Source of the DNA: Phycisphaerae bacterium | Lineage (GTDB): Bacteria > Planctomycetota > Phycisphaerae > UBA1845 > Fen-1342 | Assembly (NCBI GenBank): GCA_963675745.2 | Contig: CAXXWX010000015.1 | Coordinates: 320,001 to 384,000, forward strand | Length of the DNA stretch: 64,000 nucleotides | Reading direction: 5' to 3' | Part shown: positions 26,361-37,737 of the stretch, piece by piece | How positions within the stretch are numbered: position 1 is the stretch's first letter | How the letters are laid out: each line of letters starts with the position of its first letter | Made by a program: the position numbers and the translations under genes | The notes under the pieces: model-generated | Seen by the model: the letters and a program-made list of their open reading frames with translations, nothing else | Database searches by the model: none | What the model was told of the DNA's origin: nothing

Positions 26361-28511
26361 TTGCCCGCTGAGATTCCCGCCTGGCTGGAGACGCTCGTCG
26401 CCACAATTCCGGCGTGGCCGCTGTTGGCCACTCTCGGGATCGGGTTGATTCTCGCGCTCGGCAAGGGAATCAACCATGCCCATAAGCTGACCGTGGTCGG
26501 CGTCGGCATCACCGCCGCCATCGCGATCGCGCTTTTCTGCCAGATGGGGACGACGCTGCCGGCGGCTACTGAAAGCGCCGGCCATGACACGCACGCGGCG
26601 TCCGCATCGATCACGCCCGAGGCGCACGATTCCCACGAGGACGCGCTTCACGCCGAGCCGACGGGCGAACCGCACGCCGAATCCCCCCTGCACATGATCA
26701 CGATCATGCGCTGGATCAGTCTCGGACAAGCCCATGCGGACGCGGGCCAGTGGATCGAGATCAACTTCGCCATCGACGGCCTCACGTCGGTGATGCTTGT
26801 TTTCGTCTGCTTCGTGTCGCTGATGGTGATCATCTACGCCGTCGGCTACATGAAAGATCATCACGGGAATCCGGAAGCGGGCTATCAGCGGTTTTTCGCG
26901 TTCCTCGGCCTTTTCGTATTCTCGATGTGCATGCTGGTGATGGCGGGGAATTTCGTGCTGCTGTACCTGGGCTGGGAAGCGGTCGGCCTGTGCAGCTACC
27001 TGCTGATCGGCTTCTACTTCCGCCGTCCGTCAGCCGCCGCCGCCGCCAAGAAGGCCTTCATCGTCAACCGCATCGGTGACTTCGGCTTCGCGCTGGGGAT
27101 CTTCTCGATTTACTACGTGCTGAAGGACCACGTCCAGCCGGGCGAGAATCCGCTCGACTACGCCGTCGTGTTCAAGTACATCGGCCACATTGCGCACGCG
27201 ACCATCTTCGGCTACAACGCGGCCACGGTGATCTCGCTGTTGCTGTTCTGCGGCGCGATCGGCAAGAGCGCCCAGTTCCCGCTGTACGTCTGGTTGCCCG
27301 ACGCCATGGAAGGCCCGACGCCGGTCTCCGCTCTGATCCACGCGGCGACGATGGTGACGGCGGGCGTGTACATGGTTGCCCGCTGTGGCCCGCTGTTCGC
27401 CGCCGCCGACCCGATCGTGCTCGACGTTGTGCTGATCGTCGGCGTCATCGGCGCCGTGCTGGCCGCGACGATGGCCATGGCCCAGTACGACATGAAGCGC
27501 ATCCTGGCGTATTCGACCATCAGCCAGCTCGCCTACATGTTTGTCGCCCTGGGCTGCCACGCGCCGGCCTCCGGCGTGTTCCACGTGTTTACCCACGCGT
27601 TCTTCAAGGCCCTGCTGTTCCTCACGGCCGGCAGCGTCATGCACGCGATGGGCGGCGTAATCGACCTGCGGCACTTCAGCGGCCTGAAACGCACGCTGCC
27701 GACGACGTACAAGCAGATGTTGATCGGCTGCCTGGCGCTGGCGGGCTTCCCGCTGTTGGCCGGCTTCTGGAGCAAGGACGAGATCGTCCACGCCGCCATG
27801 CTGCGCAACCCGGTCGTCGGCTGGATCATGATCGCCACCGCCGGCCTGACCGCGTATTACACGTTCCGCATGTTCTTCCTGTGCTTCAACGGATCACGGC
27901 GTCTGCCGCCCGAGGCGGGTGAGCATCCGCACGAGATGCCCGCCATCATGACCGGCCCGCTGTGGATCCTCGCGTTTGGAGCCGTCTTTATTGGTTACCT
28001 CGGCGTCACGCCCGCTGCCGGCACATCGTCGTTCCTCGGATTCCTGCAGCCCGGCGGCGTGTTCCATCGGTTCCTGGAGCCAGTCAACAGCACGGTGATC
28101 AGCGGCGCGCACCACGGCGGCGGCATCTGGGTCGCCTATGTTTCGGCCGCCGTCGCACTGCTCGGCATCGGTCTGGCCTATGTCCGTTACGGCACGGCCC
28201 CGCGGGAAGATCCCGACGCCAAGGCGCTGGGGCCGGTGTTCAACGTCTTCTATCACAAGTACTGGGTCGACGAGTTGTATGACGCCGTCTTTGTCAGCCC
28301 GCTGCGCCGCCTCGGCCGGCTCTGCTTCGGCTGCGATAACAACCTCGTCGATGGCCTGGTCTGGTTTGTATCCGCCGTTCCGCGCGGGCTGGGCTTTCTT
28401 ATCAGTTTGCTGCAGCGCGGAGCCCTGCAAACGTACGCGATGGGCATGGCTGTCGGCATGGTCGTGCTATTGGTCCTGTGGCGCTGGATGCAGTCGCCAA
28501 TCGGTGGTTAG
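26361..28511 (+). CDS. nuoL: NADH-quinone oxidoreductase subunit L
   Basis: WEAVGLCSYLLIGF, KAFIVNRIGD and WLPDAMEGPTPVSALIHAATMV. Confidence 0.97.
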   Translation: MPAEIPAWLETLVATIPAWPLLATLGIGLILALGKGINHAHKLTVVGVGITAAIAIALFCQMGTTLPAATESAGHDTHAASASITPEAHDSHEDALHAEPTGEPHAESPLHMITIMRWISLGQAHADAGQWIEINFAIDGLTSVMLVFVCFVSLMVIIYAVGYMKDHHGNPEAGYQRFFAFLGLFVFSMCMLVMAGNFVLLYLGWEAVGLCSYLLIGFYFRRPSAAAAAKKAFIVNRIGDFGFALGIFSIYYVLKDHVQPGENPLDYAVVFKYIGHIAHATIFGYNAATVISLLLFCGAIGKSAQFPLYVWLPDAMEGPTPVSALIHAATMVTAGVYMVARCGPLFAAADPIVLDVVLIVGVIGAVLAATMAMAQYDMKRILAYSTISQLAYMFVALGCHAPASGVFHVFTHAFFKALLFLTAGSVMHAMGGVIDLRHFSGLKRTLPTTYKQMLIGCLALAGFPLLAGFWSKDEIVHAAMLRNPVVGWIMIATAGLTAYYTFRMFFLCFNGSRRLPPEAGEHPHEMPAIMTGPLWILAFGAVFIGYLGVTPAAGTSSFLGFLQPGGVFHRFLEPVNSTVISGAHHGGGIWVAYVSAAVALLGIGLAYVRYGTAPREDPDAKALGPVFNVFYHKYWVDELYDAVFVSPLRRLGRLCFGCDNNLVDGLVWFVSAVPRGLGFLISLLQRGALQTYAMGMAVGMVVLLVLWRWMQSPIGG

Positions 28512-28529
28512 GGTGAAACGACAGGCACT

Positions 28530-30221
28530 ATGGGCGAACTGGCTCTGAATCTGCTGATCTTCCTGCCGCTGGTGGCAGCGGTGGTCATCTGGGTGTTGCC
28601 CGAGCACCGCAGCGCGCTGGCCCCCCGGATTGCCCTGCTGACCGGCATTGTCGTCCTGGCCCTGTCGCTCGGGCTGTGGCTGAACGTGGACGGCACGCAC
28701 CTGACGGCCGAGTGCAAGTACGACTGGATCAACGTGGGCGATTGGGTGATCGACCGCGACGCCGGCGACCAGCCAACCATGATCAGCGGGCTGATCATCC
28801 GGTATCACATCGCCCTCGACGCCATCAGCGCGCCGCTGGTGCTGCTGACCGGGCTGCTGGTCCCGATCTCGGTCGCGTGCGGCTTTACCGCGATCAAGAA
28901 ACGCCAGCGCGAGTATTACGCCTGGCTGATGGGCCTGACCTTCGCGATGTTCGGCGTGTTTGCCGCGCGCGACGTGGTCCTGTTCTACATCTTCTTCGAG
29001 CTGACCCTGGTGCCGCTGTACTTCCTGATCGGCATCTGGGGCGGCCCAGACCGGCGTTACGCGGCCAACAAGTTCTTCATCTACACCTTCGTCGGCAGCG
29101 TGATTACTTTCGCCGGCATTCTCTACCTGGGCGTGCGCGCCGCGCAGTTGTCCGGCGCCACGGCGGTCACCTTTGATCTCGCGTCACTGTCCGCGTTGCA
29201 CGGGCTCAGCTTCGATGAGCAGAAGTGGTTGTTTGTCGCATTCTTCTGCGGCTTCGCGATCAAAGTGCCCTTCTTCCCGCTTCACACGTGGCTGCCGCTG
29301 GCCCACACCGAGGCCCCCACCGCCGGCAGCGTGCTATTGGCCGGCGTGCTGCTCAAGCTGGGCACCTACGGCTTCCTGCGGTTCGCCCTGCCGATGGTCC
29401 CCGAAGGCGCGTTGTTCTGGACCGGGATCATGGGCGCGCTGGCGCTGGCCGGCATCATCTACGGCGCTCTGTGTTGCTGGGTGCAGACCGACGTCAAGAA
29501 ACTGGTGGCGTACTCATCCGTGTCACACCTGGGCTTCTGCATGCTCGGCATGTTCAGCCTGCTGCCCGTCGGCGTGAGCGGTTCGGTGCTGTACATGGTC
29601 AACCACGGGTTGAGCACCGGGGCGCTGTTCCTTGTGGTCGGCATGGTCTATGAACGCTACCACACGCGCGACATGAACAAGATCGGCGGGCTGGCCTGGC
29701 AGATGCCGGCGATGGCCTTCTTCCTGGTGCTCTTCACGCTATCGAGCATCGGCCTGCCCGGCCTGAACGGTTTTGTCAGCGAGTTCACCGTCTTGCTCGC
29801 CGCGTATAACTCCGAGCATCTCGGCCCGGCCTTTGGAATCATCGGCGCGACCGGCATCCTGCTGGGTGCCGTCTACATGCTGTACATGTGCGGCAAGGTG
29901 CTCTTCGGCCCGGTCAACGAGCCCCGTAATACACCCGATCTCTCAGCCGGCCTGAGCCGCGACCTGAACCGCCGTGAGGTCATCATCCTGCTGCCCCTGG
30001 CGATTCTGGTGGTCGTGCTCGGCGTCGCGCCGTGGCTCGTCACCGACACGCTGGACCCCATCATCCAGGACCAGATTCTGATTCGCTTTGAAGGCTCAAC
30101 GCTGGCCGACGGGCATCACGCTCCCGAAGCGGTTGCCGATGCCGGTGGGCTGGCGCTCGTCGCGCCCGATCCTTGGTCGATGGCGGCCGACGTGCCACGC
30201 GACCACGTGGGAGGCTACTAG
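28530..30221 (+). CDS. nuoM: NADH-quinone oxidoreductase subunit M
   Basis: FYIFFE, HTWLPLAHTEAPTAGS and LPGLNGFVSE. Confidence 0.97.
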   Translation: MGELALNLLIFLPLVAAVVIWVLPEHRSALAPRIALLTGIVVLALSLGLWLNVDGTHLTAECKYDWINVGDWVIDRDAGDQPTMISGLIIRYHIALDAISAPLVLLTGLLVPISVACGFTAIKKRQREYYAWLMGLTFAMFGVFAARDVVLFYIFFELTLVPLYFLIGIWGGPDRRYAANKFFIYTFVGSVITFAGILYLGVRAAQLSGATAVTFDLASLSALHGLSFDEQKWLFVAFFCGFAIKVPFFPLHTWLPLAHTEAPTAGSVLLAGVLLKLGTYGFLRFALPMVPEGALFWTGIMGALALAGIIYGALCCWVQTDVKKLVAYSSVSHLGFCMLGMFSLLPVGVSGSVLYMVNHGLSTGALFLVVGMVYERYHTRDMNKIGGLAWQMPAMAFFLVLFTLSSIGLPGLNGFVSEFTVLLAAYNSEHLGPAFGIIGATGILLGAVYMLYMCGKVLFGPVNEPRNTPDLSAGLSRDLNRREVIILLPLAILVVVLGVAPWLVTDTLDPIIQDQILIRFEGSTLADGHHAPEAVADAGGLALVAPDPWSMAADVPRDHVGGY

Positions 30222-30223
30222 TC

Positions 30224-31828
30224 GTGGAGCCCCTGTACAACTCAATCAGGCTGAGCACGCTGTTGCCGGAGATCATCCTGGTGGTCGCCGGCTGCGCCGT
30301 GCTGCTCGTCTCTCAGGCCCAGCGCGACGCGTTGCGGCGTGCGGCGAACTGGGTCGCGCTCTTGGCGATTCTCGTCGCGGCGCTGCTGATCTGGGCCGCG
30401 CCATCGGTGGTCGGCAGCACCGGTATCACCACCGGCAGCGGCCTGGTCTATGACCCGTTGGCCGGCTATGTCCGCATCAGCACCCTGATCCTCGGTTTCC
30501 TCATCGCGCTGGTCAACTGGTCCCAGGCACGCGATTCGGAACGCGGCGAATTCCTCTCGATGATGCTGTTCTCGCTGGCCGGGCTCTTGCTGGTCGGAGC
30601 CGCCGACGATCTGGTTACGCTCTTCCTCGCGCTGGAGCTGGTGAGTATCCCCACCTACATCATGGTCGCCCTCAGCCGCACCAGACGCGTCGCGCTCGAG
30701 GCTGCGACCAAGTACTTCTATCTCGGCGCGCTCTCGGCCGCGATCATGGCGTACGGATTCACCTTTCTGTACGGCGTCTCGGGTACAACCGAGATTTCCG
30801 GCTCGATCGCGGCGGTGTCCGACGCCCTCACGATGCCCGGCACTTTGCCCCACGCGCTGGCGTCCCTGGGTCTGCTACTCGCGTTCGGCGGCCTGCTCTT
30901 CAAGATTGCCGCGGTGCCAATGCACTTTTACATCGCCGACGTTTACCAGGGCGCCGCAAGTTCGGTGGCGGGGCTGCTCGGATTTGTGCCCAAGCTCGCC
31001 GGGATCGTGGCGATTTTCCGATTGATGACCCTCGCCGAGTGGCAGACGCTCCACGGAGGACTGTTCTGGCTGCTGTGGATCGTGGCCGCCGTCACCATGA
31101 CCGTCGGCAACATGCTCGCGCTTCAGCAGACGAACATCAAACGCATGCTGGCGTATTCCGGCATCGCCCATTCGGGTTACATGCTCGTCGGGATTCTCGC
31201 CGGTCCGGTTGGTGCGCGTGGCGCGCTGCTGGGCGACGGTGCCGCCGCCGTGCTCTATTACGTGGTGATCTACGGCATTGCCAACCTGGGCGCATTCGCG
31301 GTGCTGGCCCTGTTGCGTGTTCGCGGCGGAGCCTGCGAGACACTTCGCGACGTTGCCGGGCTGTTGCGCCGCAACCCGGCGCTGGCTCTGCTGCTGGCCC
31401 TGGCGATGTTCACCTTGATGGGCCTGCCGCCCACGCCCGGCTTCTGGGGCAAGTTGAGCATCTTCGGCAGCGCTCTGGCCGCCGCCAAGACGGCCGGCGG
31501 CGCGTACGAAAGCTGGCTCATCGCCCTGGTTGTGATTGGCGTGCTGAACTCCGCGATGGCCGCCGCGTACTATCTGCGGGTCATCGCCGCTGTTCTGCTC
31601 TACGAAAACGAGGAGCCCGCCAGCGCCGTCTCGCGCGATGCGGTACAGATGGGCGCGCTGCTCTGCGGTTTGATGCTGTTGATTTTCACGTTCAGGCCGG
31701 CGGATCTGTTGAACCGCGGGCGTGATGCCACCTTCGCGCTGCGCAACAGCGTCGCCCCATCACAGAGCCGCGTTGACCACTCGGCCCCCGCAGTGGCAAT
31801 CATCGAGCCCGCCGACCCCTCGGAATAA
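30224..31828 (+). CDS. nuoN: NADH-quinone oxidoreductase subunit N
   Basis: LALELVSIP, EAATKYF, FKIAAVPMH and KRMLAYSGIAH. Confidence 0.96.
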   Translation: MEPLYNSIRLSTLLPEIILVVAGCAVLLVSQAQRDALRRAANWVALLAILVAALLIWAAPSVVGSTGITTGSGLVYDPLAGYVRISTLILGFLIALVNWSQARDSERGEFLSMMLFSLAGLLLVGAADDLVTLFLALELVSIPTYIMVALSRTRRVALEAATKYFYLGALSAAIMAYGFTFLYGVSGTTEISGSIAAVSDALTMPGTLPHALASLGLLLAFGGLLFKIAAVPMHFYIADVYQGAASSVAGLLGFVPKLAGIVAIFRLMTLAEWQTLHGGLFWLLWIVAAVTMTVGNMLALQQTNIKRMLAYSGIAHSGYMLVGILAGPVGARGALLGDGAAAVLYYVVIYGIANLGAFAVLALLRVRGGACETLRDVAGLLRRNPALALLLALAMFTLMGLPPTPGFWGKLSIFGSALAAAKTAGGAYESWLIALVVIGVLNSAMAAAYYLRVIAAVLLYENEEPASAVSRDAVQMGALLCGLMLLIFTFRPADLLNRGRDATFALRNSVAPSQSRVDHSAPAVAIIEPADPSE

Positions 31829-31846
31829 GACAACGCAAAGAACGCC

Positions 31847-33053
<1,207 letters not shown>

Positions 33054-33067
<14 letters not shown>

Positions 33068-33740
33068 GGCCGAACTCCTCTTGCGCGGCGGCGAAGACCG
33101 TGTCGGCATCGCGCGCCGCGTCGATCACCACCACCGGTGACGGATATGCGTTCGGTAATTCCAGAAAACCCTGCCGCACACGGCGATGAAACTCCAGCGG
33201 CCGCCGTTCCATCGCGTCCGGCGCGCTACCTTCAAACAGTGGGATTTGACCGGGTGAGTGCTTGCGTTTTCGACGCCGGTTTTGCGCCGGGCCGCGTCCG
33301 GTCCGCTCCAACCCGACTTCGGGCGGCACGTCGAACACCAGCGTCAGATCTGGCCAGGTGCCCGCAACCGCCAGGCGACCGAGCTCGATCACTTCTTCGT
33401 ACGGAAAGCCCGCCGCCCCTTGATATGCATACGTCGCCGAGATGAACCGGTCGCACAGCACGACCTGGCCGGCGTCCAGCGCGGGCCGGATCTTCTCAGC
33501 GACCAACTGCGCGCGCGACGCCATAAACAGCAGCGTCTCACATCGCGCGCTCATCTTGGCCAGATCGAAGTCCAGCAAGACATGCCGAATTCGATCGCCT
33601 ATTTCAGTCCCGCCCGGGTCGCGCACACGCCGCAATGGTGTGCCGGACTTCTTGATCCACGCCGCCAAACGCTCGAGCTGCGTGCCTTTGCCCGATCCGT
33701 CAGGGCCGTCCACCACGATGAATTTCCCGGCTAGATTCAT
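33054..33740 (-). CDS. tmk: Thymidylate (dTMP) kinase
   Basis: P-loop DGPDGSGKGTQ, RDPGGT, CDRF...YQG and PDLT. Confidence 0.95.
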
Positions 33741-33914
33741 GTCCCGGACATTAGTGCATTGGGTCCGCCGCGGCAACCGAGCTTGACCGGCGCGTGAGCG
33801 GTGCCTACCGTTGCAGCTCGGCGACCGGGGAGCGGACTTCAGCGTCCAGACGTCGTACCCGCCCCCCGGCGATGGGCCTCAATCACGCTCACGGCAAACT
33901 CCGCGGAGCGACCT

Positions 33915-34475
33915 GTGGACTGGCTGGTATACATCTTTATCGAATCTACGCTGACGCTCGGAGTCCTGCTGGCCCTGGTGTGCTTCTGTCTACTGGTGTA
34001 TTGGCGCAGGGAGGGACGGCCTCGACCGCTGCTGATCGGACTGGCGGTCTCCGCCCTGCTGCTGATCGTCCAAACCGCCGTGACCACCCAGCGCGAACAT
34101 GCCTGGCGGATTCTGGCCCGGATCGAGCGCGACGTGCTCGCCGGCGAAACCGATCGTCTGGCGGCTTCGCTGAGCGACGATTTCAGCGCCGCCCGCTACG
34201 ACAAGCCCCGCTTCATCGAGCTTGTCGACGGACGTTACGACGTGGTCAGTGTCATCTGGCTGCGGCGCTTGTCCTGCACGATCGTCGAGTCCACTGCTGA
34301 CAGCTTCACCGCCGAGGTTGGCTATCTCGGCGAGGTGCGCGCCTCTGAGTACATGACCGCGATCGACAGCAAGTGGCGGATCAAGTTCATCCGCCGCGAG
34401 CGCGATTGGAAAATCCAGACCGTCAAACCGCTGTCCCCGTTCACATCCTGGGACCAGGTTGCCGGCTACCGCTAG
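33915..34475 (+). CDS. Hypothetical membrane protein with two N-terminal TM helices and a possible NTF2-like domain
   Basis: Two hydrophobic helices, then an LSDDF...WKI pattern. Confidence 0.6.
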   Translation: MDWLVYIFIESTLTLGVLLALVCFCLLVYWRREGRPRPLLIGLAVSALLLIVQTAVTTQREHAWRILARIERDVLAGETDRLAASLSDDFSAARYDKPRFIELVDGRYDVVSVIWLRRLSCTIVESTADSFTAEVGYLGEVRASEYMTAIDSKWRIKFIRRERDWKIQTVKPLSPFTSWDQVAGYR

Positions 34476-34553
34476 CATGGCAACCACGCCCCGGCCGGCC
34501 GGTGCGGCACCACCCGTGGGCACGCGGCCGGAGAGTGAGTAAACTGTGCCGTC

Positions 34554-37500
34554 ATGACGCAACGCCAGCGACGTGCGAACCGTGCTGCCATCCTGGTGGG
34601 ACTGGCGGCAACGGTGCTTGTGCTCACCGCATACGTGCTCGGTGTGCTTGATTGGCTCGAGCTGCGCACCCTCGACTATCGCTTTCGCTGGGCCAATTCG
34701 ATCAAACAGTCCGGCGATATCGTCTGCATTGACATCGACGACGGGTCACTCGAGCTCGCCGGCCGCTGGCCCTGGCCGCGACATGAACAGGCCGCGCTAA
34801 TCGCGGTCCCGATCGAGCTGGGCGCCAAGGCAATCCTTGTCGATCTGACCTGGATCGAACCCCAGGCCGCGGCGCTTGACCTGCCGCGCTACACCGACCT
34901 GGACACTGACGTCCTCAACTATGCCCCAATCGAAGACGATGTCAGATTGCCCGACCTCGAGCTCCAAGCGGCCATCGCCAAGGGCGGCAACGTCTACCTG
35001 GGCTTCCTCTTCAAAGAGCACGACATTGTCCACAGCCCCCGTTTTGGCGGGTCCGGCGGCGCCGTGGCCGCCCTTGCCGATAAGCGGCCGGACGATGCCC
35101 GATCCCTGGCCGAGGCGCTCGATACGGCCCAAAGGACCGACCTGCTGAAGCGCGGCGTGCGCCCCGAGGACATCGCCGAGTCGCTGCCAGCCTTTGACTT
35201 GGCGCGCATGGTGATTGAGATCGAGGGCGAGTTGGAGATATCGCCGGCGGCTCTGGCGGCGCGCCTCAAACTCTCGTCAGACGATGTGGAGCGGCATTTC
35301 GAAGACTGCCGGCAATTGGTGCTGCGCCAGCAGATCGGCAAGCGCCTCGCCGATGAGCCGGAGTTGGCGACATTGTCCGTCGATGCCTTGTTCGGGCGGA
35401 TTTACGCCGGCTATTCCGACCGCCCGCTCGTAGATGACACGCCGCTCAAGGCCGCCGTTGCCGCCGCCCTCCAGGAAACGCTGGGGTACCTGGCAACGAC
35501 GCGCTCGCGATTGGCCGGCGCTGATGTGCTGCAACACGCCCCCGTTGATGTCGATCGCATTCTACCCGTGTACTTCTTGCACGCCCGCGCCGCCAAACGC
35601 TGTGGCACCACCGTGTTCGAGCCGGACGATGACGGCGTAACACGCCATCTGCCGCTGATGATTCGTCATGGCGACAACGTGTTGCCGCAACTCGCCTTCG
35701 GGTTGGCCTGCGATCTCGTCGGTCAGCGGCCCGTCGAGGTAATCCCCTCGCGCGGTGCGCGCCGCGCCAGCCACGTCGCCCTGGGCGCTGTGCGCATTCA
35801 GATCGACGAGCGCGGACGCGCGCTGGTGCCCTGGGTACCCCAGCCCGATTGGCAAAAGCAGTACACCGCCTCGGGCCCGGATGGATCGCGGGCTGACGAG
35901 ATGGGACGCGTGCCCGCCGATGCGTTGTGGGAGATTCACAACCTGCGCGCCCACATGACGCGAAACGCGCGCAACGCACGCCTGATGCGCGCTCAACTCT
36001 ACACGAGCAACCTGTTTGCGAAGGAAGCGCGTGCGACCTACGAAAAGGCCTACGTCGCCATCGAGCAACTCCGGCGCCGCAGCGAGCAAGCCCGCCTGAG
36101 CGCTCGTTTTGATAACGCCCGGATACTCCGCGAACAGATTGCCCGCGAATCCACAGCGCTCGCCGCGCTGGAGCGCAGTATGGCTGCGGCGGACACCGAC
36201 GACTGGGTGCGGGAGCAGATCACCGCCGTCGACAAGCAGACCGCCGCGATCAGCGTGATCAATGACGACCTGCAAAAGCGCGTCGATCAGTCACTCACAC
36301 GCCTGCGGCCGGCTTTCAAGGACCGCATCTGCGTCATCGGCTACACCGCATCCGCCCTGGCCGACATGACACCCATTCCCACGCACAAACGCGCCCCCGG
36401 CGTGCTGGCACACGCCAACCTGCTCAACGGCCTGCTCACCGGCCAGACGGTTTCGTGGGCTCCGCGCTGGGCGAATCTGATGCTGGCCGGGCTGCTGGGT
36501 TTGCTGGCCACATTGCTCAGCTATTCACGCCCGCCGCGCGACACGCTTCTGCTCATCGCGCTGGTGGCCTTCCTGTTCCTGGCGCTGGCGGGCTGGTGGG
36601 CGTTCTACCTGTGGCACTATTGGATCGCTCTCGTGCCGGCCATGACCGCCCTGGCGCTGAGCTACTTCGCGATCGCGACTTACCGCTACATCTTCGTCGA
36701 CATCGAACGACGCAAGCTATCCACGGCCCTCGGGCAGTACACCTCGCGCGAGATCGCCCAACAGGTGGCCGACGACACCGAGCTGTGCCGGCGAGCGGAG
36801 ATGCGCGAAGTCACCACAATGTTCACCGACCTCAAGGGCTTTACCACCATCTCCGAGCGAATCGGCGCCGAACGCACACAGCACGTGCTCAATCTCTGCC
36901 TGGGCAGATTCACCCAGGTAATGTTGCACCATGAGGGGATGGTCAACAAATTCCTCGGCGACGGCATTTTCGCCTTCTGGAACCCCGTGATCTATCCGCA
37001 AGCCGACCACGCTTTGCGGGCATCGCTGACCGCCGTTGATCTGCTCGCAGCGCTCGATGATCTCAAACGCGAGCAACGCGCCGCCGGCGGCGATGACGTC
37101 TTCGAAGAGCTGCTGATGCGCGTCGGCGTCGCCACCGGCAACGCCGTCGTCGGCCCCTGCGGTTCCGAGCAGAAGTTCGACTACACCTGCATCGGCGACT
37201 CGGTTAACGTCGCCGCCCGGCTCGAATCGGCCAACAAGTTCTACGGCACACAGATTCTCATCAACGACGCCACGCGCAACGTGCTCGAAGATGCGTTTGT
37301 CTGTCGCGACCTGGGCGCCGTGCAGGTAAAGGGCAAGCGTCAGGGTGTGCGCATCTATGAGCTCATCGGCGCCGTCGACGATGTGCCGCAGGCCGTGGTC
37401 GCCCACGCCGTCGAATTCGCCAAGGCCGTCGCCCACTTCCAGAATCGCCGGTGGGAGGCCGCCGCCGCCATCTTCGGCGTCTGCATCCAGCAGCGCCCGG

Positions 37501-37601
37501 ACGACCTGGCCGCCATGCGCTACGCCGAGCTATGCGCCAAATACCTCAACAATCCCCCCGACGAAGACTGGAACGGATCGATCGAGCTGATGGAGAAATA
37601 G
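34554..37601 (+). CDS. CHASE2-domain class III adenylate cyclase
   Basis: CIDIDD...GRWPWPR, DDDGVTR and PGVLAHA (CHASE2); three TM helices; FTDLKGFT, KFLGDG and YTCIGDSVNVAARLE. Confidence 0.93.
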   Translation: MTQRQRRANRAAILVGLAATVLVLTAYVLGVLDWLELRTLDYRFRWANSIKQSGDIVCIDIDDGSLELAGRWPWPRHEQAALIAVPIELGAKAILVDLTWIEPQAAALDLPRYTDLDTDVLNYAPIEDDVRLPDLELQAAIAKGGNVYLGFLFKEHDIVHSPRFGGSGGAVAALADKRPDDARSLAEALDTAQRTDLLKRGVRPEDIAESLPAFDLARMVIEIEGELEISPAALAARLKLSSDDVERHFEDCRQLVLRQQIGKRLADEPELATLSVDALFGRIYAGYSDRPLVDDTPLKAAVAAALQETLGYLATTRSRLAGADVLQHAPVDVDRILPVYFLHARAAKRCGTTVFEPDDDGVTRHLPLMIRHGDNVLPQLAFGLACDLVGQRPVEVIPSRGARRASHVALGAVRIQIDERGRALVPWVPQPDWQKQYTASGPDGSRADEMGRVPADALWEIHNLRAHMTRNARNARLMRAQLYTSNLFAKEARATYEKAYVAIEQLRRRSEQARLSARFDNARILREQIARESTALAALERSMAAADTDDWVREQITAVDKQTAAISVINDDLQKRVDQSLTRLRPAFKDRICVIGYTASALADMTPIPTHKRAPGVLAHANLLNGLLTGQTVSWAPRWANLMLAGLLGLLATLLSYSRPPRDTLLLIALVAFLFLALAGWWAFYLWHYWIALVPAMTALALSYFAIATYRYIFVDIERRKLSTALGQYTSREIAQQVADDTELCRRAEMREVTTMFTDLKGFTTISERIGAERTQHVLNLCLGRFTQVMLHHEGMVNKFLGDGIFAFWNPVIYPQADHALRASLTAVDLLAALDDLKREQRAAGGDDVFEELLMRVGVATGNAVVGPCGSEQKFDYTCIGDSVNVAARLESANKFYGTQILINDATRNVLEDAFVCRDLGAVQVKGKRQGVRIYELIGAVDDVPQAVVAHAVEFAKAVAHFQNRRWEAAAAIFGVCIQQRPDDLAAMRYAELCAKYLNNPPDEDWNGSIELMEK

Positions 37602-37737
37602 TCGGCTGTGCCAACTCCGTGCCGGCTGCTCACGGCATCGTCGTGTGCGGATGTTGCGTGGGCATCCGCTCCCGCCTGTGGTATCCTCCCAATCTTGATT
37701 CTCTCGGGACCGCAACGTGATCAGGGAGGAGCCGCAC

